Positions 58,623 to 64,000 of a stretch of 64,000 nucleotides of DNA are shown here, in pieces (positions within the stretch are counted from its first letter, which is position 1; every line of letters starts with the position of its first letter). The notes beneath the pieces were generated by a model, which saw only the letters and a program-made list of their open reading frames with translations, had not been told where the DNA came from and made no database searches. This DNA comes from a bacterium. GTDB taxonomy: Bacteria > Patescibacteriota > Minisyncoccia > UBA6257 > Colwellbacteraceae. The position numbers were made by a program, and so were the translations under genes. The stretch is taken from the NCBI GenBank assembly GCA_029548485.1, contig JAKPNH010000006.1:13937-77936 (forward strand), in the 5' to 3' direction.

Positions 58623-59396
58623 GTGTTGGCGAAAGAAGACCTTAGTGTTTTGTTAGACGGCCTCGATGAAGGAATCGTCCTTATCGATGGCCGAGGTAGA
58701 GTCTTTTTTATGAACGACTCTGCGATCAGTATAGCTTCCGGTGATTTCTCCGGGCGGTCCTATCGGGAGATTTTCTCCGAATGGACGTCGGCATCTGGGA
58801 GCAAACAAGGCACGATGTACGAAGTCCCGCCCTTTATGTTTTCTCCGGGCGGGAGATTGGTTAGTATCCGATGCGATAAGAGGCCGGACGATTATTATCG
58901 TTTGCTTCTTACCTCCGAGGATCATACCTGTAAAGACGCCTTGACCGGCGTTTTCAACAGGCGGTTTCTCCAAACCGAAGTGGAATGGCTGGAAGCGCTC
59001 CGTAATCGACAACGCAAGCACAAAGATCCGAGAGATCCGGTGTTTGAAGTTGGTATTGTCTTCGGAGACATCGACGGTTTGAAAAAAGCCAACGATGTCG
59101 AAGGATACGCCGCCGGCGACGCCTTGATCCGGGAAATCGCCGATGTCTTCAAAAAGACGTTGCGCGAAAGCGATCTTGTCTTCCGCTACGGCGGGGACGA
59201 GTTCGTCTTGATCCTTCCCAACCAGACCAAAGGAGAAACGGAAATAGTTCTCCAGCGTCTTCAAACGGCGGCTGAGGGTCTGCCGCTTTCCCTCGGGGTT
59301 TTCTTCGTCGGTAAAGAGATGTTTATCAACGAAGGAATCCAAAGGGCGGCCGAAGAAATGAAAAAGACCAAGGCCGCCAGAAAATCAGTTCTTTAA
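58623..59396 (+). CDS. PAS-GGDEF diguanylate cyclase
   Basis: DALTGVFNRR, DIDGLK..ND..G...GD, RESD I-site, RYGGDEF; GTG after AAGGAGG. Confidence 0.88.
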   Translation: MLAKEDLSVLLDGLDEGIVLIDGRGRVFFMNDSAISIASGDFSGRSYREIFSEWTSASGSKQGTMYEVPPFMFSPGGRLVSIRCDKRPDDYYRLLLTSEDHTCKDALTGVFNRRFLQTEVEWLEALRNRQRKHKDPRDPVFEVGIVFGDIDGLKKANDVEGYAAGDALIREIADVFKKTLRESDLVFRYGGDEFVLILPNQTKGETEIVLQRLQTAAEGLPLSLGVFFVGKEMFINEGIQRAAEEMKKTKAARKSVL

Positions 59397-59433
59397 GCAA
59401 CAAGCGCCGCGACGAAAGCCGCGGCGTTTTTAT

Positions 59434-61401
59434 TTATTCTTCCGTTTTCGGTTTGGTCCAGGAAGCGAATTTACAATCCGGATAACGGCTGCATCCGTAA
59501 AAGAATCTTCCTTTTTTGGTGCGGCGGCGGACCACATTGCCTTCTTTGCATTCGGGACATTTTATTTCCAGACCCTCCTTATTTTTGACAGAATCCGACC
59601 CGGGGATCTTTTTGGTGCTTTTGCATTCGGGATATCCGGAGCAGGCGAGGAATTTTCCGAAACGGCCGTATTTGACGACCATCGGACGTCCGCATTTTTC
59701 GCAGATTTCGTCGGTCGTTTCCGTTGGCTTTTGCTTTTCCACGGATTCGTATTTTTCCTCGAGAGTCTTGGAAAAAGGATCGTAAAAATTCTTGACCACT
59801 TTTTGCCATGAGGTTTTTCCTTCGGCGATCTCGTCGAGGTCGTTTTCCATTTTGGCGGTGAAATCGATATCGACGATCTGGGGGAAATGCTCGGTGAGCA
59901 CGGAGTTCACCAGTTCGCCGATCTCCGTCGGCTCGAACCGGCGGTCGGGGTTTTTCGTCACGTAGTTCCTTTCCTGGATGACCGAAATGATCGGCGCATA
60001 GGTCGACGGCCGGCCGATGCCCGCTTCTTCCAAAGTCTTGATCAAACTCGCTTCGTTGTATCGGGCCGGCGGTTCGGTGAAGTGCTCCGCAGATTTGGCT
60101 TCGACGAGGTCGAGCTTCTCGTTTTCTTTTACTTTCGGCAATTCTTTTTCGGTGAACTGGCTCGGCCAGATTTTCAGAAAACCGTCGAATTTCAAAACGC
60201 TGCCGTTTGAAGCGAGAAGATAGGAATTGTTTTTCGATTTGGCTTCGATGTCGATCCGGCCCTGGTTCCAGATGGCCGCCGGCATCTGGGAAGCGATGAA
60301 TCTCCTCCAGATCAATTCGTAGAGTTTTTGTTCGCGGCCTTCGACCTTGATCTGGTCGGGCGCAAGCAGGGGATTGGTCGGCCTCACGGCTTCGTGCGCT
60401 TCCTGGGCCATTCTCGATTTGGTTTTGAAAAATCGCGGCGCGTCTTTGGCGTATTCCTCGCCCAGGTTGGCGCGGAGCCATTTGGCGGCCGCAGCCACCG
60501 AATATGCGGAAAGATTCACCGAATCGGTCCGCATGTAAGTGATGTGGCCGTTTTCGTAAAGGGATTGGGCGAGCATCATCGTCTGTTTGGCCGAAAGCCG
60601 CATTCTTTTAGAGGCTTCCTGCTGGAGCGTGCTTGTGGTAAAAGGCGGAAGCGGAGAGCGTTTCAAGGTTTTTTCCTCGATTTTTTCCACGTGGAAATCT
60701 GACTTCTCGAGGTCGGAAACGATTTTTTCGGATTCGGCCTTGGCTTTTATCCCGGGAGCGAGTATCGGCTCTCCGTTTACCTTCACGAGGTTCGCGGAAA
60801 AATTCGGATTGCCTTTGAAGATAGCTTCGATCGTATAGTAGGCTTCGGACTTGAAAGCCCTTATTTCTTTTTCCCGTTCGACGATCAGTCGGACGGCCAC
60901 CGATTGCACCCGGCCGGCGGAAAGACGGCTCATCACTTTTTTCCAAAGAAACGGCGAAAGTTTGTAGCCGACCAGCCGGTCGAGGACGCGCCTGGCTTGC
61001 TGGCTGTTCACCAGATTCATGTCGATGACGCGCGGCTGCTTGAGCGCCTCTTTGATGGCTTCGTCGGTGATCTCGTGGAAAACGATCCTTTCGGTTTTTT
61101 GCGAGTCAAGTCCGAGCGCGGTCGCGAGATGCCAGGCGATGGCTTCTCCTTCGCGGTCCTCGTCGGTCGCGAGAATGACGCTATCGGTTTTGCCGGAGAG
61201 TTTTTTTAATTCATTGACTCGCTTCCGATTCTTGGTAGGAATGACGTATTGCGGTTCGAAATCGCGTTCGAGATCGATGCCGAGTTTGCTTTTGGGCAAA
61301 TCGCGGATATGGCCGAAAGAAGACTCCACTTTGTATTTGGAGCCCAGGAATTTTCCGATGGTTTTCGCCTTGGTCGGCGATTCGACTATTACCAGGTTCA
61401 T
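59434..61401 (-). CDS. topA: DNA topoisomerase I
   Basis: VESPTK, ATDEDREGE, SAGRVQS, ITYMRTDS, Zn ribbons. Confidence 0.97.
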   Translation of the reverse strand: MNLVIVESPTKAKTIGKFLGSKYKVESSFGHIRDLPKSKLGIDLERDFEPQYVIPTKNRKRVNELKKLSGKTDSVILATDEDREGEAIAWHLATALGLDSQKTERIVFHEITDEAIKEALKQPRVIDMNLVNSQQARRVLDRLVGYKLSPFLWKKVMSRLSAGRVQSVAVRLIVEREKEIRAFKSEAYYTIEAIFKGNPNFSANLVKVNGEPILAPGIKAKAESEKIVSDLEKSDFHVEKIEEKTLKRSPLPPFTTSTLQQEASKRMRLSAKQTMMLAQSLYENGHITYMRTDSVNLSAYSVAAAAKWLRANLGEEYAKDAPRFFKTKSRMAQEAHEAVRPTNPLLAPDQIKVEGREQKLYELIWRRFIASQMPAAIWNQGRIDIEAKSKNNSYLLASNGSVLKFDGFLKIWPSQFTEKELPKVKENEKLDLVEAKSAEHFTEPPARYNEASLIKTLEEAGIGRPSTYAPIISVIQERNYVTKNPDRRFEPTEIGELVNSVLTEHFPQIVDIDFTAKMENDLDEIAEGKTSWQKVVKNFYDPFSKTLEEKYESVEKQKPTETTDEICEKCGRPMVVKYGRFGKFLACSGYPECKSTKKIPGSDSVKNKEGLEIKCPECKEGNVVRRRTKKGRFFYGCSRYPDCKFASWTKPKTEE

Positions 61402-61445
61402 TGAAGTATTCTATTATTGTAAGCCATAGGCGCTTTCCGAAGAAA

Positions 61446-62261
61446 TCATCGATTCAAAATATAACCTTCGTCCGATTCCCGGATGATCTTTTTAAGGACG
61501 AGTCCGGCAATTACGGGGAGCGCTTTTGACGGCTCAAGTTTAGTGATTTCCATGATCTTGTCAATTTTGGCGCTGCAGCCGCTATACCGGATGGCTTCGA
61601 TGATCGCTTTTTCCAAATCCATTGTTTCTTCTCGGTTGCAACCGGGAATTTCGATACCCAGATCTTCCAAGATGTCTTTGGCCGAAGTGACGAGCCTCGC
61701 TCCGTCGCGGATCAGCCTATGCGATCCCGCGTAATTAGGGTGGCTTACGGGACCGGGGACGACAAAGACCTCCCGGCCTTGTTCGGCCGCGAAATTGGCG
61801 GTCGAGAGGCTGCCGGATCTCGTCGGCGCTTCAACGACAACAATGGCTTCGCAAAGCCCGCTGATGATCCGATTCCTTCTCAAAAAATTATCTTTGTATC
61901 CCGGGGTGGTTTCGGGATATTCGGAGACGATGGCGCCGCCGCCGGCGATGATCCTCTCCGCCAGCCGTTCGTTTTGCTTGGGATAGATATTGTCGATGCC
62001 CGTTCCCAAAACGGCGATGGTTTTGCCTCCGTATTCGAGGCAGCCTTCGTGGCTCGCCGTGTCGATGCCCATGGCGAGGCCGCTGACGACCGTGATATCC
62101 GTCCTGGCTAGTTCGGCGGCGATGGTTCTCGCGATCAGCCGGCCTTCGGACGTCGATCTTCTCGTGCCGACAACGGCGATCTTAAAATCATCGGAAAGAT
62201 TTCCTTTAACGAACAATTCGGACGGAGGATCGGGGATGTTTTGCAATAGTTTCGGAATCAC
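61446..62261 (-). CDS. dprA: DNA-processing protein DprA
   Basis: VVGTR, VSGLAMGID, RNRIISGL, EQGREVF. Confidence 0.95.
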   Translation of the reverse strand: MIPKLLQNIPDPPSELFVKGNLSDDFKIAVVGTRRSTSEGRLIARTIAAELARTDITVVSGLAMGIDTASHEGCLEYGGKTIAVLGTGIDNIYPKQNERLAERIIAGGGAIVSEYPETTPGYKDNFLRRNRIISGLCEAIVVVEAPTRSGSLSTANFAAEQGREVFVVPGPVSHPNYAGSHRLIRDGARLVTSAKDILEDLGIEIPGCNREETMDLEKAIIEAIRYSGCSAKIDKIMEITKLEPSKALPVIAGLVLKKIIRESDEGYILNR

Positions 62262-62287
62262 TTTGGTTTATTATATAATAGTACGAG

Positions 62288-62815
62288 ATGCTTAAGGATT
62301 TCAGGGTAAAAATGGCCGTCGTCATCGGCGTCACTTTGATCGCCGGCGCCGGCCTGACATTCGCGGTTTTCCAACTGAGAAAGAGCATCGCCGCTTCGAG
62401 TTCGGAAATCAAGCTCATGAGGGTGGACTTTTTATCGCGTTCAAGGGCGATCACATCTTTGGCCGAGCTCAAGGAAGACGCGGAAGAGGCGCGCGTTTAC
62501 ACCGATGTCCTGAATTTCAGCCTTCCGACCAAGGAGGACCTCCCTGAATTCAACGCCGATGTCTTTGAACTGGAAAGGAGGCACAATCTGCCGACCAGTT
62601 TCAAATTCAGCGGCAGCGAAATAGCTCCGACTTCGGGGACGCCCGGAGAAATCGCCTTCGAACTCAATCTGACCGGGACGTACGACGATATCGTCAATTT
62701 TCTGAAAGACCTCGAAGATTCTTCTTATGTCACCGATATCAGGAATTTCGATCTGGTCGGCGGAGCCGAAAACCAATACCGGGCCATTATCCAGGGAGTG
62801 GTCTTTTTCCATTAA
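62288..62815 (+). CDS. PilO-like type IV pilus assembly protein
   Basis: TM + coiled coil, LPT, GTYDDIVNFLKDLE. Confidence 0.7.
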   Translation: MLKDFRVKMAVVIGVTLIAGAGLTFAVFQLRKSIAASSSEIKLMRVDFLSRSRAITSLAELKEDAEEARVYTDVLNFSLPTKEDLPEFNADVFELERRHNLPTSFKFSGSEIAPTSGTPGEIAFELNLTGTYDDIVNFLKDLEDSSYVTDIRNFDLVGGAENQYRAIIQGVVFFH

Positions 62816-62821
62816 AACAGC

Positions 62822-63031
62822 ATGCCCAAGCTTTCCCAAAGCCAAAAAGAAGTCATATTGATCGCGGTCAACGTGATGCTGCTCGTCGTTTTGCTGCTCG
62901 GCGCCTTCTGGGGCATCGGCATTCTCGGCGGACTGCTTGTCCAGGCTTTCGAGGCGCCGACCATGGTCGGCGGTACGGGCATTTTCTTCAATTTCGAGGG
63001 CTACCAAGCCTTAAATTTACAAACCAGGTAA
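62822..63031 (+). CDS. Small membrane protein
   Basis: Long hydrophobic stretch; co-oriented with the PilO-like gene. Confidence 0.65.
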   Translation: MPKLSQSQKEVILIAVNVMLLVVLLLGAFWGIGILGGLLVQAFEAPTMVGGTGIFFNFEGYQALNLQTR

Positions 63032-63057
63032 AAGATAGTAGTATATTTTTACCGGTC

Positions 63058-63129
63058 GGGCGCATAGTTCAGTGGTAGAACGCTGTCCTGATAAGACAGA
63101 GGTCCTAAGTCCGATTCTTAGTGCGCCCA
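63058..63129 (+). tRNA. tRNA-Ile(GAT)
   Basis: CTGTC-CTGATAA-GACAG; T-loop TCCGATT. Confidence 0.92.
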
Positions 63130-63151
63130 CAGTTTCACTTCGTGAAACGCC

Positions 63152-63225
63152 GGGCGGTTAGCTCAGTTGGTTAGAGCGTCACATTGACATTGTGAAGGTC
63201 ACTGGTTCGAGTCCAGTATCGCCCA
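63152..63225 (+). tRNA. tRNA-Val(GAC)
   Basis: TCACA-TTGACAT-TGTGA. Confidence 0.94.
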
Positions 63226-63240
63226 CACCAAACTCGCGCC

Positions 63241-63936
63241 ATGAAGCAGGATATCCCGGTGGTTTACGAAGACAGAGATCTTTTGGCGGTCGTAAAACCC
63301 GCCGGGATTTTGATGCATCGGACCGCGGCCAAGGAAAAAGAAGAGACGCTGGCCGATTGGATCTTGGAGAATCGTCCGAAGATAAAAAACGTCGGCGACG
63401 ATCCCCGAGTCCGTCCGGGAATAGTCCACCGGCTCGACAAAGACACCTCGGGCATAATCTTGATCGCCAAAAATCAGAATACCTTCGAATATCTGAAGAG
63501 TCTTTTCCAAGCCGGCGAGGTCCAAAAAACTTATCTCGCCCTCGTTTACGGGAATATCGAACCGCAGGAAGGTGCGATCGACAAGCCGATCGGCCTGAAG
63601 TCCGGATCTGTGAAGCGCACGATCCACGGCGGGAAAATGGCAAAACAAGCGATCACCGAATACAAGGTTCTTAAAAACTACGACGGATTCTCTTTGATCG
63701 AAGCGAGGCCGAGAACCGGACGGACGCACCAGATCAGGGTTCATCTCGCTTCGATCAATCACCCGATCGTGGCTGACGCTTTATACGCCGGAAAGAAAGC
63801 CAAGAAAGATTCTTTGGGCCTTTCGCGGCAATTCCTGCACGCTTCGTCGATCGAATTTGTCGGACCGGACAAAACCCGTTTCCGGTTCGAAGCCAAGATG
63901 CCGGATGATTTGACAAGAGCCTTGAAATCCATTTAA
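63241..63936 (+). CDS. RluA family pseudouridine synthase
   Basis: KPAG, HRLDKDTSG, TGRTHQIRVH, FLHA. Confidence 0.94.
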   Translation: MKQDIPVVYEDRDLLAVVKPAGILMHRTAAKEKEETLADWILENRPKIKNVGDDPRVRPGIVHRLDKDTSGIILIAKNQNTFEYLKSLFQAGEVQKTYLALVYGNIEPQEGAIDKPIGLKSGSVKRTIHGGKMAKQAITEYKVLKNYDGFSLIEARPRTGRTHQIRVHLASINHPIVADALYAGKKAKKDSLGLSRQFLHASSIEFVGPDKTRFRFEAKMPDDLTRALKSI

Positions 63937-64000
63937 ATAGTTCCGTGATTAACGAGGAATACAAAGGAAAAATAAAGACCGGAGCCAGAGTCAAGGTCTG

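Noticed and set aside
63132-63148. GTTTCAC-TTC-GTGAAAC resembles parS
   Set aside because: The 3-nt central insertion breaks the 16-bp parS palindrome; better read as a UUCG hairpin in the tRNA spacer

Overview
Bacterial chromosomal window that looks like a Candidate Phyla Radiation (Patescibacteria/Parcubacteria-like) genome using the standard code (TGA = stop). The taxonomy is inferred from the compact IF2, ValRS and RpoB, the small 5S, the intron-bearing 23S and the mostly SD-less genes. Housekeeping genes include rny, HU, fba, rplY, infB, rbfA, valS, tsaD, recG, cca, dut, murE, rodA, mltG, rpoB, rpoC, rpsF, ssb, rpsR, parA, parB, rel, topA and dprA, plus 13 tRNAs. A 23S-5S rRNA unit is not linked to a 16S gene. 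Main observations: (1) The 23S-5S leader has a promoter, a near-leaderless 12-codon uORF (MMMRKIHIKRGS), and mutually exclusive antiterminator/terminator hairpins with the uORF stop in the antiterminator arm, a candidate ribosome-sensing attenuator of rRNA synthesis. (2) The 23S carries two group I introns; one splits the sarcin-ricin loop and holds a frameshifted LAGLIDADG relic. (3) The 23S naturally has G2058. (4) Two gene-expression styles coexist: near-leaderless core genes (including bidirectional -10 elements) and stand-alone orphans with -35/-10, a boxA-like motif and a strong SD. All calls come from reading the sequence by eye; no searches were run.
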